From Myxococcota bacterium (GTDB lineage Bacteria; Myxococcota_A; UBA9160; UBA6930), in NCBI GenBank assembly GCA_965223415.1, contig OZ245002.1, forward strand, positions 2,400,001-2,464,000: a DNA stretch of 64,000 nt, read 5' to 3'. The position numbers were made by a program, and so were the translations under genes. Each line of letters begins with the position of its first letter. Position 1 is the first letter of the stretch. Shown piece after piece: positions 49,346-59,836 of the stretch. The notes under the pieces were generated by a model, which was given only the letters and a program-made list of their open reading frames with translations, did no database searches and had not been told where the DNA came from.

Positions 49346-50067
49346 GAGCCACTCCCTGCGGCTCCTCCCTCCGACTCGGCCACCGGCAGCATCGTGCCGA
49401 GCAGCCAGTCCCAGAGCGGGAAGGACACGTTGAAGTTCCCCTTCTCCATCAACGCGAGCTCGTGATGACGCGTGTGATGAGCGCGAAGCCATCCGACGAT
49501 GGCACGTCGCCCCAACCAGGAGTTCCGGCGCAGGTGGTGCAGGAAGTGGAACCACTCGTAGACGAAGTAGTAGGTCAGCACGCTCAGGAAGAAGAGCCAC
49601 GCGATGTTCGTCGACACGACGCTGCCGAGCAGCAGCGGAATCGGGAGGTTCACCACCAGCAGCATCGGAAGCGCGGGCGGCGGAAAGAGGACGTAGAAGA
49701 GCTCGCGCGGATCACGGAAGGCCATGTCGTCGGCGGGGTAGAAGACGTGGTGCTGGAGCGTGTGTCGCTCGTAGAGGATCCGCAGACCGCGCGTCGGGTG
49801 GTGCATGGGCCCCCGGTGGATCCACCACTCGAAGGCGTTCGCGAACACGAAGAAACCAGGAACGAAGAGCCACTCCCACCACAGCGGGCCCTCGAGCAGA
49901 GCGAGGCACGAGCCGATGCCCAGAACCGTCGTCAGGTTCACGAAGGCCCAATGTGCCCGTCCGGAGTAGCGGGCCGGGACCCGGGCCATCATCTCCCGAC
50001 GCTTCGCTTCCCGGCGCGTCGCTCCCCCGTCGAGACCGTGAGGACCCGCGGATTCTGCAGTTGTCAT
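49342..50067 (-). CDS. sterol desaturase / fatty acid hydroxylase family
   Basis: His boxes HRGPMH, HTLQHH, HFLHH, HHTRHH; NFNVSFPLWD. Confidence 0.87.
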   Translation of the reverse strand: MTTAESAGPHGLDGGATRREAKRREMMARVPARYSGRAHWAFVNLTTVLGIGSCLALLEGPLWWEWLFVPGFFVFANAFEWWIHRGPMHHPTRGLRILYERHTLQHHVFYPADDMAFRDPRELFYVLFPPPALPMLLVVNLPIPLLLGSVVSTNIAWLFFLSVLTYYFVYEWFHFLHHLRRNSWLGRRAIVGWLRAHHTRHHELALMEKGNFNVSFPLWDWLLGTMLPVAESEGGAAGSGS

Positions 50068-50069
50068 GA

Positions 50070-51152
50070 TTACTCCTCGAAGATCACCCGTGGTCGCACG
50101 GCGTGTCCGTTCGCCAGTGAGTCGAAGGCTTCGTTCACCCCCTCGAGGGGATGGTCCGGCCCGGCCATCGGCTCGAGCCGGAGCTCGCCGCGAATCGCAA
50201 GATCGAAGAGTCTGGGGAAATCCCGCGCGGGATCGGCTGATCCGTGGACCGAGCCGTGAAGCGATCTGCCGAGGAGGAGCGACACCATCGGGATCGAGAC
50301 CTCCTCGGTCGAGTTGGTGAGCCCGACGGCGACGGCCCGGCCTCCCGAGGAGATGGCGTCGAAGGCCTGCCGTACGACGTCAGCGCTTCCCGCTGACTCG
50401 ATCGCGAGGTCGACACCGCCCTCGAGCAAGCGATGGATGATCGGGACGGGATCGGCGTCGGCGGGTGATAGGACGTCCGTCGCGCCCAGCTCCTTCGCCA
50501 GCTCGAGACGTTCCCGGTTCGGATCCACGGCGATGATCCGCGTGGCACCGGCAACCCGCGCCCCTTGGACGGCGGCGAGCCCGACACCGCCGCAGCCGAA
50601 GACGGCAACGCTCTCGCCCCAGCGCGCGTCGCCGGTGATCGCTGCGGCGCCGAAGCCCGTGGTGACGCCGCAACCGATGATGCACGCATCGCGGAGGGAA
50701 AGCTCGTCCGGGACGGGAATCGCGGAGCGAGAGCCCACGACGACCCGCTCCGACAAGCCGGAGACGCTCATGTAGCGCCCCAGGCTCGTCGAGCCGAGCC
50801 GTAGGGATCCATCGTCGCCATCCGTCCGCATCGCCGCGCAGAGATGGGTTCGCCCGGCCTGGCATGCGCGACACGTCCCGCAGCGGGGAATCCAGGACAG
50901 AACGACGCGCTGACCCTCCGAGACCTCGCTCACCCCGGGGCCGACGACCTCCACGACACCGGCGGCCTCGTGGCCCAGAACGGCCGGGAAGCCGATCCCT
51001 TCCCCCGTGCGCCACACGTGGAGATCGCTGGCACAGATGCCGCAGGCGGCCACGCGCACGCGTACCTCGCCGGGGCCGGGGTCACGCACCGTGATCTCCT
51101 CGATGCGGAGCGGCTCGCCGCGCTCGAGTGCAACCGCCGCTCGCGCTCGCAT
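50070..51152 (-). CDS. Zn-dependent alcohol dehydrogenase
   Basis: GICASD, GHEAAG, CGTCRAC...C, GCGGVG. Confidence 0.9.
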   Translation of the reverse strand: MRARAAVALERGEPLRIEEITVRDPGPGEVRVRVAACGICASDLHVWRTGEGIGFPAVLGHEAAGVVEVVGPGVSEVSEGQRVVLSWIPRCGTCRACQAGRTHLCAAMRTDGDDGSLRLGSTSLGRYMSVSGLSERVVVGSRSAIPVPDELSLRDACIIGCGVTTGFGAAAITGDARWGESVAVFGCGGVGLAAVQGARVAGATRIIAVDPNRERLELAKELGATDVLSPADADPVPIIHRLLEGGVDLAIESAGSADVVRQAFDAISSGGRAVAVGLTNSTEEVSIPMVSLLLGRSLHGSVHGSADPARDFPRLFDLAIRGELRLEPMAGPDHPLEGVNEAFDSLANGHAVRPRVIFEE

Positions 51153-51166
51153 GCCTTCCCCCTTCC

Positions 51167-51793
51167 TCAAGGCCGCTGGGAGCGAGGCTTCCCGATTCCG
51201 CGGGCGAAAACCTCGTGCATGAGCGCCACGATCTCGTCGAAGGGGTAGTCGCCGAGACCTGCCGTCTCGCGCTCGACGAGGACCTGGCCGAGATGGAACA
51301 TCAGGTACGCGACGCGCTCCGTATCGATCGGTCGAAGCGAGCCTTCCTCCACACCCTGCGCGAGCACCCGGCGCAGGAGGTCCACGATGCGCTGCTCTTG
51401 CTCGCGTGTGAACGCGTGCGCGACGGGCTCGAGGCTCATCTCTGCGTCTCCAGCCACCGCGAGGCGCATCACGTGGTTGCGCGCGTAGGTCCGTCGCGTG
51501 ATCTCGACGATGCGGCGGATTTTCTCGCCCGCGCTCTCGCCGGTTTCGAGTACCCCCGACGCCTCGCGGATGAAGGCCTCTGCGTCCTGCGCGAGCAGTC
51601 GTGCATAGAGGTCCTGCTTGTTGCGGAAGTGGGAGTAGAGGGTGGTACGCGAGCACCTGGCTTCGCGGGCGACCTCGTCCATCGTCGTCTTCGGAGCCCC
51701 GAAGCGCAGGAAGCGCCGGCGGGCCGCCTCGAGGATGGCGTCGCGAGTGCTGTCCTGGGGAGGGGCCCGGCGTTCCTCGGGCAGAGTCACCAT
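51167..51793 (-). CDS. TetR/AcrR family transcriptional regulator
   Basis: ILEAARRRF...TTMDEVAREA.CSRTTLYSHFRNK. Confidence 0.92.
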   Translation of the reverse strand: MVTLPEERRAPPQDSTRDAILEAARRRFLRFGAPKTTMDEVAREARCSRTTLYSHFRNKQDLYARLLAQDAEAFIREASGVLETGESAGEKIRRIVEITRRTYARNHVMRLAVAGDAEMSLEPVAHAFTREQEQRIVDLLRRVLAQGVEEGSLRPIDTERVAYLMFHLGQVLVERETAGLGDYPFDEIVALMHEVFARGIGKPRSQRP

Positions 51794-51935
51794 GGGGACA
51801 TCATGAACATTTGATGGCCATTCGTCAACCTGTTAAGATGACTGCGCTCGGCGGAGAAACGAGATCGCCGGTGACGGGCACCGCGGGAGCCATCGGCACC
51901 CGAGATCCCGGGTCACGGGCGAGGAGCGCAAGCCC

Positions 51936-53054
51936 GTGAGAGGATTCGGATTCCTGGATCGCGCACTCCGGGAGCGGGAGCGACGCCGCTGGTTCGAGGA
52001 TCCGCCTCCGGGTCCATTCGACGGACGCGATCCGGTGGCCATTCCCGGCGGCCCGAGCCGGCTGGTCGTCGCGCGCGACGACGATGCCCTGGAGGCCTCC
52101 GGTGTGCCGCGCCGTCGCTTCCTCCGGGAAGCGCTCGCTCGCGGCCTCTCCGCGTTGACCGGGGAGCCCGACGAGCGGAGCGCATGGGCTTCGCTCCTTC
52201 CCGGGTACCGATCCGCTCACGTCGTCGGAATCAAGCTCAACACGGTCGCCCTCCACCTGACGCCTCATCGGGAGGTCGTGGACGCAGTGGTCGGGAGCCT
52301 GGCCGAGGCAGGTGTCCGTCGCCGCGACATCGTCGTCTGGGACAACCTGGGCCGCTTGGGGCCGATGCGCACGCGTTTCTACGGAGATCTCGAAAGACCC
52401 GCAGGCGCCTACTACCAGGGAATGGAGCGCGCCGGCTTCGCGCCGGACCCGGTAGCCGCTCCTCGGGTGCTGTGCACGGTACCGCGGCCGGACGGACTGG
52501 GGTACGACCGGAACGTGCGCGCCGAGATTCCATCCAGAGGGCTGCGGTTGCCCGTCTCGAAGATCCTCACTCGGGTGTGCGACCACGTCATCAACCTCCC
52601 GGTGCCGAAGGATCACCGTGTCACGGGAGTCACTTGCGCGCTCAAGAACTTCTACGGCTGTGTTCCCCTTTGGGACGCGTTTCGGCCTACTCACGCCGAC
52701 CGGATGCACGCGAATCGCGGTGACCCGCAGATCGCCGAGCTCTATGCCAATCCGTGCATCTCGGGGAACGTCCGCCTCCATCTCTGTGACGCCTTGCAGG
52801 CGATCTGCGACGGCGGTCCCTGGGGCGAGCCCCAGCTCGAGCCACGCAGCCTCCTGCTCGCCACGGATCCGGTGGCCCTCGACGCCTACGTGCTCGCGAT
52901 GATCGACAGCGCGCGCGTGGTCCGCGGCATGGAGCGGGTGGCCCGGCGGGCGCGCTACATCGAGTCCGCCGCGCGTCTCGGGCTGGGCACGAACGACCCG
53001 GCTTCGATCGATCTCGTCGATGCCTTCGGGAAGCCGGTTCCGTGGCCGGCCTGA
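51936..53054 (+). CDS. DUF362 domain protein
   Basis: IKLN, DHVINLPVPKDH..TGVTCALKNFYG, ATDPVALD. Confidence 0.8.
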   Translation: MRGFGFLDRALRERERRRWFEDPPPGPFDGRDPVAIPGGPSRLVVARDDDALEASGVPRRRFLREALARGLSALTGEPDERSAWASLLPGYRSAHVVGIKLNTVALHLTPHREVVDAVVGSLAEAGVRRRDIVVWDNLGRLGPMRTRFYGDLERPAGAYYQGMERAGFAPDPVAAPRVLCTVPRPDGLGYDRNVRAEIPSRGLRLPVSKILTRVCDHVINLPVPKDHRVTGVTCALKNFYGCVPLWDAFRPTHADRMHANRGDPQIAELYANPCISGNVRLHLCDALQAICDGGPWGEPQLEPRSLLLATDPVALDAYVLAMIDSARVVRGMERVARRARYIESAARLGLGTNDPASIDLVDAFGKPVPWPA

Positions 53055-53069
53055 GGCGCTCCCGATCGG

Positions 53070-54056
53070 CTAGCGCCCGAACAGCTCCCGGTTCGCCCGC
53101 CGCAGGAAGAGCAGCCCGATCGCGGCATTGAACAGCACGAAGAAATTGTGCTGGACGAAGCCGAAAGCGGTCATCTGGGCGGCGTGGTCCGAGAAGAGGG
53201 TGGGCCACAAGGTGACGGCGGCGGCGCGGAAGGGGCCCGGGATGAGGGTGCCGAAGAAGATCACCGGGAGCACGCCCAGCATCTCGACCAGGCCGATCTC
53301 CACGCCGAACAGCCCTGCCGCCTTCGAATACACCCAGACCGCGCCGAGCAGGGCCGGGGAGCGCAGAACGATCACCGTCAGGTACTGCCACCAGTCCGCC
53401 TGGCGGAAGGCGGTGAAGATCTGGCGCTCGCGAAGCGCCACGCCCGAGGTGCGCTCGCTGCGGAACAGGTAGACGACGACGGCGAAGACGGCGAGCGCGA
53501 CCACCGCGACGATCGGAATGGCGTGGAAGATCTCCGGCACCCGGTCCCAGGAGACCGTGCTTCCGACCAGCGCCCAGGTGAGAAGGTAGTAGAACTCACA
53601 GAACATGATGAAGAGCATGCTGCCGCCGACCTGCCAGGCGGGGATGCCCTCGCGTCGGTTCAGGTAGAGGGCGATGGCGCCCTTGCCGACCTGCTCGTTC
53701 AGGATGGAAATGATGTAGGTGCTGGCGCGCACGGGAAAGAGATCGCGGTAGGGGACGCGGCTGTTGAACCAGGCGAGAACGCGCCAGAGGATGAGGGTGT
53801 CGATCAGGAAGTAGAGGAACGAGTAGGGGATCATCAGCGCCAGCCAGGCGCCCCAGTCGACGGAGGCGAAGATCTCCGCGAGGTAGGCGCCGGCGGTCAT
53901 GCCCTTGCGGCCGGCTTCGCCGGAGATTCGCCAGTAGAGGTAGCCGAAGCAGATGACGGTGATCGCCCAGGGAAGAACCCGGCTCGCCCAGCCGTTGCGA
54001 CGCGCTTCGGGCGGGCCGTCTGCGGCGTCGGTGGCCTCGGGCGGGGCGTCGGTCAT
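53070..54056 (-). CDS. lysylphosphatidylglycerol-synthase TM region (UPF0104)-like membrane protein
   Basis: About 8 TM helices; overall layout resembles this flippase-like family. Confidence 0.6.
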   Translation of the reverse strand: MTDAPPEATDAADGPPEARRNGWASRVLPWAITVICFGYLYWRISGEAGRKGMTAGAYLAEIFASVDWGAWLALMIPYSFLYFLIDTLILWRVLAWFNSRVPYRDLFPVRASTYIISILNEQVGKGAIALYLNRREGIPAWQVGGSMLFIMFCEFYYLLTWALVGSTVSWDRVPEIFHAIPIVAVVALAVFAVVVYLFRSERTSGVALRERQIFTAFRQADWWQYLTVIVLRSPALLGAVWVYSKAAGLFGVEIGLVEMLGVLPVIFFGTLIPGPFRAAAVTLWPTLFSDHAAQMTAFGFVQHNFFVLFNAAIGLLFLRRANRELFGR

Positions 54057-54976
54057 CTCGTCTCCTCCCCGGTGGCGTGACCGAAGGTGTGGCGGAGGGT
54101 GGCGTCGAGCGGAGTCAGCTCCAGCCCCAGCCGGGCGCAGGCCGATCGAGGGTCGATGTCGTCGTCGTGCTCCAGGACGCCTAGCATATCCCGGGTCAGC
54201 GGCGGCTCGGCCGTGACTCGTTCGAGCAGGGCTGCGAGCCCGCGCAGCAGCGCCACGGGGACGGGAAGGATGCGCGGCGTGCGCCCCAGAAGGCCCGCGA
54301 CGCGCTCCACCAGCGCGCGGTGGGTCAGGGATTCGGGGCCGGCCAGATCGAGCCCGCCCCGCTGCCCGCCTTCTTCCGCGGCCGCCAGCCGGATCGCCGA
54401 GACCAGGTCGCGGGAATCGATCGGCTGCTCCCGGGTCGCGCCGCCCCTCGCCAGGAACGTGACCGGTGCGCTCGCCTGGCCGCGCAGGGCGCTGGCGGCG
54501 AGCTCGTCCGGGCCGAGCACCATCGGAACGCGAAGGGTCGTGGCGGGAGTGGCGCCGGAGGTGAGGATCTCCTCTGCCCTGGCCTTCGAGGCAAGGCAGC
54601 GGTTCGGCGAGGTCGGAACCGCCCCCAGAATGCTCATGTAGACGACGCGCTCCGCCCCCGCCTTCTCGGCGGCGCGGGCCAGCACTTCACAGGTGCGCTC
54701 GTGGGCGTCCTCGTAGCGGGCGTGACGGCCTTCCTTCAGGATGCCGACCAGGTGGACCCACGCCCCGCATCCCTCTCCGGCGGCACGCAGGGCGGCCTCG
54801 TCGGCGTAGTCGAGGATGCGCACGTCGGGGCGCACGGCCTCCGGCAGCTCGGTCAGCACGGCGGCCGCCCGCTCCGAGCGCACGACGGCGCGCACCAGCC
54901 GCGCGTCGCCCACGGCGCGGATCAGGTCGCGGCCGAGGTGGCCGTTGGCGCCGGTGACGAGGAGGGGCGTGGACAC
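54053..54976 (-). CDS. NAD(P)H-binding protein (NDUFA9-like atypical SDR)
   Basis: TGANGHLG, HLVGIL, ASKARAE, LAGPE. Confidence 0.82.
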   Translation of the reverse strand: MSTPLLVTGANGHLGRDLIRAVGDARLVRAVVRSERAAAVLTELPEAVRPDVRILDYADEAALRAAGEGCGAWVHLVGILKEGRHARYEDAHERTCEVLARAAEKAGAERVVYMSILGAVPTSPNRCLASKARAEEILTSGATPATTLRVPMVLGPDELAASALRGQASAPVTFLARGGATREQPIDSRDLVSAIRLAAAEEGGQRGGLDLAGPESLTHRALVERVAGLLGRTPRILPVPVALLRGLAALLERVTAEPPLTRDMLGVLEHDDDIDPRSACARLGLELTPLDATLRHTFGHATGEETR

Positions 54977-55011
54977 CCGCGCACGATACCACGCGGTGTA
55001 TGCTCCGCGGG

Positions 55012-55905
55012 ATGTCCCGCATCGCCGCGCTCCTGGCTCTGCTCCTGCTCTCGGCCTGCGCCTCCCACCTCCGCGATCCGGTCGTGCACGACCCGGCGGC
55101 ACTCGACGAGGCGCACCCGCCCGCACTCGTGGAGACCCGCCTCGAGAGCGCCGGCGCGGCCATGAACGCGATCGTCTACGTCGCGCAGGGAGCGGGTCCC
55201 CACCCGACGGTGGTCCTGCTCCACGGCTTCCCGGGCAACGAGCGCAACCTGGACCTCGCCCAGGCGATCCGGCGCGCGGGCTGGAACGTGGTGTTCTTCC
55301 ACTACCGCGGCGCGTGGGGAAGTGAGGGCGTCTTCTCCTTCGGCCATGTGCTGGAGGACGTGGCGAGCGTGGTGGCGAGCGTCCGCTCGCCGGCCTTCGC
55401 CTCCGCGCACCGGGTCGACCCCGATCGCATCGCGCTGGTGGGGCACAGTATGGGCGGCTTCGCCGCGTTGGTGTCCGGCGCCGACCTGGCCGAGGTGGGA
55501 TGCGTCGTATCGCTGGCCGGCGCGAACCTGGGTGCCTTTGCGGCAGCCGCCCCGGAGCAGCGGGCCGGCATGGCCGCTTCCCTCGACGGCTGGGCCGGGC
55601 CGATCCGGGGCCTTCCGGGCAGCGAGCTGGTCGAGGAGCTCGCAGCCTCCCCGGAGCGCTTCGACACCCTCGTGCGCGCCGATCGCCTCGCGCGCAAGCC
55701 CGTGTTGCTCGTCGCCGGGGCGCTCGATCGGGTCACTCCGCCGGCGCAGCACCACCTGCCCCTCGTCGCGGCCCTGCAGGCGGCCGGCGCGGCGCGCCTC
55801 GAGAGCGTGGTGCTCGAGCGCTCGGACCACTCCTTCTCCGCCGACCGCATCCGTCTGGCGCGCGTGGTCGCCGGCTGGCTCGCCGGCAGCTGCTCGTCCT
55901 CCTGA
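55012..55905 (+). CDS. alpha/beta hydrolase lipoprotein
   Basis: Lipobox LSAC, LHGFPG, GHSMGG, D...H triad (DHSF). Confidence 0.87.
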   Translation: MSRIAALLALLLLSACASHLRDPVVHDPAALDEAHPPALVETRLESAGAAMNAIVYVAQGAGPHPTVVLLHGFPGNERNLDLAQAIRRAGWNVVFFHYRGAWGSEGVFSFGHVLEDVASVVASVRSPAFASAHRVDPDRIALVGHSMGGFAALVSGADLAEVGCVVSLAGANLGAFAAAAPEQRAGMAASLDGWAGPIRGLPGSELVEELAASPERFDTLVRADRLARKPVLLVAGALDRVTPPAQHHLPLVAALQAAGAARLESVVLERSDHSFSADRIRLARVVAGWLAGSCSSS

Positions 55906-55935
55906 GCTGCGGCCAGTCGCTACGCTTCCCGAGCC

Positions 55936-56685
55936 GTGTTCCCCCTCCGCGACGACAACCCTACGCTCGGGACCTCCGCGTCGACGCTGGCGCTGATCGG
56001 CGCGAACGTCGCGGCCTGGGCCCTCGTGCAGGGGCTCGGCACCGAGCCCGCCCTCGTGCGCTCGGTCTGCGAGCTCGGCGCGATCCCGGGCGAGCTGCTC
56101 GGCAACGTCCCGCCCGGCACGGAAGTTCCCCTCGGTCCGGGTGTCGCCTGCCGCATCGACGCCGAGCCCGCCTGGACGACCGTCGTCACCTCGATGTTCC
56201 TGCACGGTGGGTGGTTCCACCTGCTCGGCAACATGTGGTTCCTCTGGGTCTTCGGAGACAACGTCGAGGACGCCATGGGCCGTGCCCGCTTCGTCCTCTT
56301 CTATCTGCTTTGCGGCCTGGCGGCGGTGGCGGCACAGATGGCCAGCAACCCGGACAGCGCGATCCCGATGGTCGGCGCCTCCGGCGCGATCGGCGGCGTG
56401 ATGGGGGCGTACGCCGTCCTCTACCCGAAGGTCGGCGTCCACATGCTGCTCGTGCTCGGCTTCTACGTGGACCGTATCGTCGTGCCCGCCTGGCTGATGC
56501 TCGGCTACTGGTTCCTGCTCCAGATCGTGGGCGGCATCCCCGCCCTGGCCAGCGAGGGTGGGGGCGTGGCGTTCTGGGCACACGCCGGCGGCTTCCTCGC
56601 CGGCGTCCTGCTCGTCTTCCCGTTCCGGAGCCAGCAGCGTCTCGCCGCGCACCGGGCGATGCTCGCACGACAGGCCTGGCGGTAG
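55936..56685 (+). CDS. rhomboid family intramembrane serine protease
   Basis: SMFLHGGWFHLLGNM, GASGAI, AHAGG. Confidence 0.92.
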   Translation: MFPLRDDNPTLGTSASTLALIGANVAAWALVQGLGTEPALVRSVCELGAIPGELLGNVPPGTEVPLGPGVACRIDAEPAWTTVVTSMFLHGGWFHLLGNMWFLWVFGDNVEDAMGRARFVLFYLLCGLAAVAAQMASNPDSAIPMVGASGAIGGVMGAYAVLYPKVGVHMLLVLGFYVDRIVVPAWLMLGYWFLLQIVGGIPALASEGGGVAFWAHAGGFLAGVLLVFPFRSQQRLAAHRAMLARQAWR

Positions 56686-56726
56686 CGGCCTCCGGTCCCC
56701 GCCTCGCCTGCAAGAAGGAGGGAACC

Positions 56727-57536
56727 GTGAACGAGCTGCTCGAAACCGTCCGCGAGGCCGCCGTGGCCTGGGCTCCGGATCTCGTCGCCGCCGCCGTCAT
56801 CCTCGTGCTCGGGTGGTTGGGCGCGAAGGTCGCGCGCGCGCTCCTGCGCCGCGCGATGCGCCGCGCTGGCGTGGAGCCGACCCTGGTGCGCTTCGCCGGA
56901 AGCCTCGCCTACATGGCGCTGATGGCGATGGTCGTGATCGCCGTCCTCGGCCGACTCGGCGTGAACACCACCTCCTTCGCCGCGGTGATCGCCGCCGCCG
57001 GTCTGGCCGTGGGCCTCGCCTTCCAGGATTCTCTCTCCAACTTCGCATCCGGCGTCCTGCTAATCGTGTTCCGGCCCTTCGAGGTGGGCGACTACGTGGA
57101 GACCGCCGACGTGAGCGGCACGATCGAGGAGGTCCAGGTCTTCACCACCGTGCTGAAGACGCCGGACAACAAGAAGGTGATCGTGGGCAACGCCGCCGTC
57201 ACGTCCGCGAGCATCACGAACTACTCCGCCTACCCCACCCGCCGCGTCGACATGGTGTTCGGGATCGGCTACGCGGACGACATCCCCCGGGCCCGCCAGG
57301 TGGTCGAAGAGGTGCTCGCGGCCGACGATCGGGTGCTCGAGGATCCGCCGCCGGAAGTGGTCGTCGCGGAGCTGGCGGACTCGAGTGTCAACTTCGTGGT
57401 GCGCCCGTGGGTGGCTACGAGCGACTACTGGGACGTACGCGGTGATGTCCACGAGAGGATCAAGCTCGCCTTCGACGCCCAGGGCATCTCGATTCCCTTC
57501 CCCCAGACCGACGTGCATCTGCATACGGCCGCGTGA
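56727..57536 (+). CDS. mscS: small-conductance mechanosensitive channel MscS
   Basis: AAGLAVGLAFQDSLSNFASG, RPFEVGD, IPFPQ. Confidence 0.88.
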   Translation: MNELLETVREAAVAWAPDLVAAAVILVLGWLGAKVARALLRRAMRRAGVEPTLVRFAGSLAYMALMAMVVIAVLGRLGVNTTSFAAVIAAAGLAVGLAFQDSLSNFASGVLLIVFRPFEVGDYVETADVSGTIEEVQVFTTVLKTPDNKKVIVGNAAVTSASITNYSAYPTRRVDMVFGIGYADDIPRARQVVEEVLAADDRVLEDPPPEVVVAELADSSVNFVVRPWVATSDYWDVRGDVHERIKLAFDAQGISIPFPQTDVHLHTAA

Positions 57537-57551
57537 AGAGGTGCGATCCGC

Positions 57552-59783
57552 TCACGGGGCTGCGGACGGGCGGAGTGTGATCACGACCGACTTGTAGGCT
57601 GGGGTGAAGCTCTTCTCCGCGTACTGCTCGACCGGAACGAGCGGGTTCGCCTCGGGGAAGTAGGTGACCGCGCATCCGCGAGGCACCTCGTAGGCCAGGG
57701 CGCGGAACCCCCGCACGGTGCGCATCTCCGCCCGCTCGCCCTCGCCGAAGTGGCTGGTGACGTCCACCGCCTGGCCTTCGACGAGGACCCTTTCGGCGAG
57801 GTCCTCGGGATGCAGGAAGATCACCCGCCGGTCGCCCGCCGTGCCGCGATAGCGATCGTCGTTCGTGTAGACCGTGGTGTTGTACTGGTCGTGGCTGCGC
57901 ACGGTCATCATCAGGAGCTGCCCGGGAGCGAGCGCCAGGTCCGGCAGCGGAAGCTCGGCGAATTGGGCGCGGCCGGAAGCGGTGTCGAAGCGTCGCTCCC
58001 GTGGCGGCCGCGGCAGGACGAAGCCGCCCGGCTCCCGGACGCGCCGGTTCATGTCCTCGAAGCCGGGAACGACCCGGGCGATGCGATCGCGGATCCGATC
58101 GTAGTCCCGCGCCAGCTCGTCCCAGCGCACCCGGCTCTTCCCGCCGAGCGCCGCGTTGGCGACGCCGGCCACGATCGCGGGCTCGCTGCGGAGCTCGTGG
58201 CTCGCCGGCGGAAGCCGGCCCTGGGAGCGGTGCACGCAGGCCATCGAGTCCTCGACGGTCACGAACTGGAGCTCACCCTCCTGGTGATCGAGCTCGGTCC
58301 GACCCAGGCAGGGCAGCAGGATCGATTCCCGTCCTGCGACCAGGTGCGTGCGGTTGAGCTTCGTCGCCACGTGCACGGCGAGCTCCGGCCCCGCCAGGGC
58401 CCGCTCCACGTGCTCGGTGTCCGGCGTCGCCCGCGCGAAGTTGCCGCCCATCGACATGAAGAAGCGCGCCTCGCCGTTCGCCAGGGCGCGGATGGTCTCG
58501 ATCGTGTTCCAGCCCGGCTCGCGCGGGGCGGTGATGCCGAACTCCGCTTCGAGGGCGTCCAGAAAGGCGGGCTTCGGGCTCTCCCAGATGCCCATGGTGC
58601 GGTCGCCCTGCACGTTGCTGTGGCCGCGCACGGGGCAGGGCCCCGCACCGGGTCGCCCGATGTGTCCACCCAGGAGGAGCAGGTTCATCACCTCCTGCAC
58701 GTTGTGGACGCCGAAGCGGTGCTGGGTGAGACCCATCGCCCAACAGGCGATCATCCGCTCGGAGTCCGCGATGATCTCGGCGAGCGTGCGCATCTCGGCC
58801 CGCTGCACGCCCGAGCCCCGCACCAGGTCGTCCGGGTCGGTCTTCTCGAGTGCGGCACGGAAGGCCTCGAAGCCCGACGTGTGCTCGGCGATGAAGGCGT
58901 GGTCGATCGCGTCCCGCGCCAGGAGCTCCTTCATCACGCCCTTCAGCAGCGCGATGTCCCCACCGACGCGGATCTGCACGAAGCGTTCGGCCAGGGCGGT
59001 ACCCCGGCCAAGAAGCCCGCGCGCCGTCTGGGGATGCTTGAAGCGCACGAGTCCGCGCTCGCGCAGCGGGTTGATGCTGACGATGCGGCAGCCCCGGCGC
59101 GCGGCCTTCTCGAGGGTCGTCAGCATGCGAGGGTGGTTGCTGCCCGGGTTCTGGCCGAGCACCAGGATCAGGTCGGCGGCTTCGAAGTCCTCGAGGCCCA
59201 CGGTTCCCTTGCCGATGCCGATCGATTCGCCGAGCCCGGCGCCGCTCGACTCGTGACACATGTTCGAGCAGTCCGGCAGGTTGTTCGTGCCCAGCTCGCG
59301 GGCGAAGAGCTGGTAGAGGAAGGCGGCTTCGTTGCTGGTCCGGCCCGAGGTGTAGAAGACCGCATGGTTCGGCGACGGCAGCCCGCGCAGGGCGGAGCCG
59401 ATACGCTCGAAGGCCCGGTCCCAGGAGACGGGCGCGTAGTGGGCGCCGTCCACGCGCCGCCAGAGGGGCTCGGCGAGCCGGCCCTGGGCCTCGAGCCAGC
59501 GGTCGCTCTGCTCGAGGAGCCGGGCGAGGGGCCACGAGCGGAAGAAGTCCCCGCCGATGGTGGCCCGGGTCGCCTCGTGGCTCACCGCCTTGGCGCCGTT
59601 CTCGCAGAACTCGAGCGGGCCGGGCTGGTCCTCCTCGGGCCAGGCGCAGCCCGGACAGTCGAAGCCCCCGGGCTGGTTGACGCGCAGGAGCGCGGGGACG
59701 CTCCGGGTCAGACCGGCGCTCGCGGCGCAGCGCGCCGTGTGCACCACGGAGGGAAGTCCGCCGGCGGCTTCGTCCTTGGCCAT
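57552..59783 (-). CDS. FdhF/YdeP family molybdopterin oxidoreductase
   Basis: GFDCPGCAW, FCENGAKA, YTSGRTSNE, DCSNMCHE, RGHSNVQG, RSHDQYNTT. Confidence 0.9.
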   Translation of the reverse strand: MAKDEAAGGLPSVVHTARCAASAGLTRSVPALLRVNQPGGFDCPGCAWPEEDQPGPLEFCENGAKAVSHEATRATIGGDFFRSWPLARLLEQSDRWLEAQGRLAEPLWRRVDGAHYAPVSWDRAFERIGSALRGLPSPNHAVFYTSGRTSNEAAFLYQLFARELGTNNLPDCSNMCHESSGAGLGESIGIGKGTVGLEDFEAADLILVLGQNPGSNHPRMLTTLEKAARRGCRIVSINPLRERGLVRFKHPQTARGLLGRGTALAERFVQIRVGGDIALLKGVMKELLARDAIDHAFIAEHTSGFEAFRAALEKTDPDDLVRGSGVQRAEMRTLAEIIADSERMIACWAMGLTQHRFGVHNVQEVMNLLLLGGHIGRPGAGPCPVRGHSNVQGDRTMGIWESPKPAFLDALEAEFGITAPREPGWNTIETIRALANGEARFFMSMGGNFARATPDTEHVERALAGPELAVHVATKLNRTHLVAGRESILLPCLGRTELDHQEGELQFVTVEDSMACVHRSQGRLPPASHELRSEPAIVAGVANAALGGKSRVRWDELARDYDRIRDRIARVVPGFEDMNRRVREPGGFVLPRPPRERRFDTASGRAQFAELPLPDLALAPGQLLMMTVRSHDQYNTTVYTNDDRYRGTAGDRRVIFLHPEDLAERVLVEGQAVDVTSHFGEGERAEMRTVRGFRALAYEVPRGCAVTYFPEANPLVPVEQYAEKSFTPAYKSVVITLRPSAAP

Positions 59784-59836
59784 CGCCAGCGGAGCCTACA
59801 CGATCTCGTCCGGGTCCCGGGAACCTCCCCGACTGC

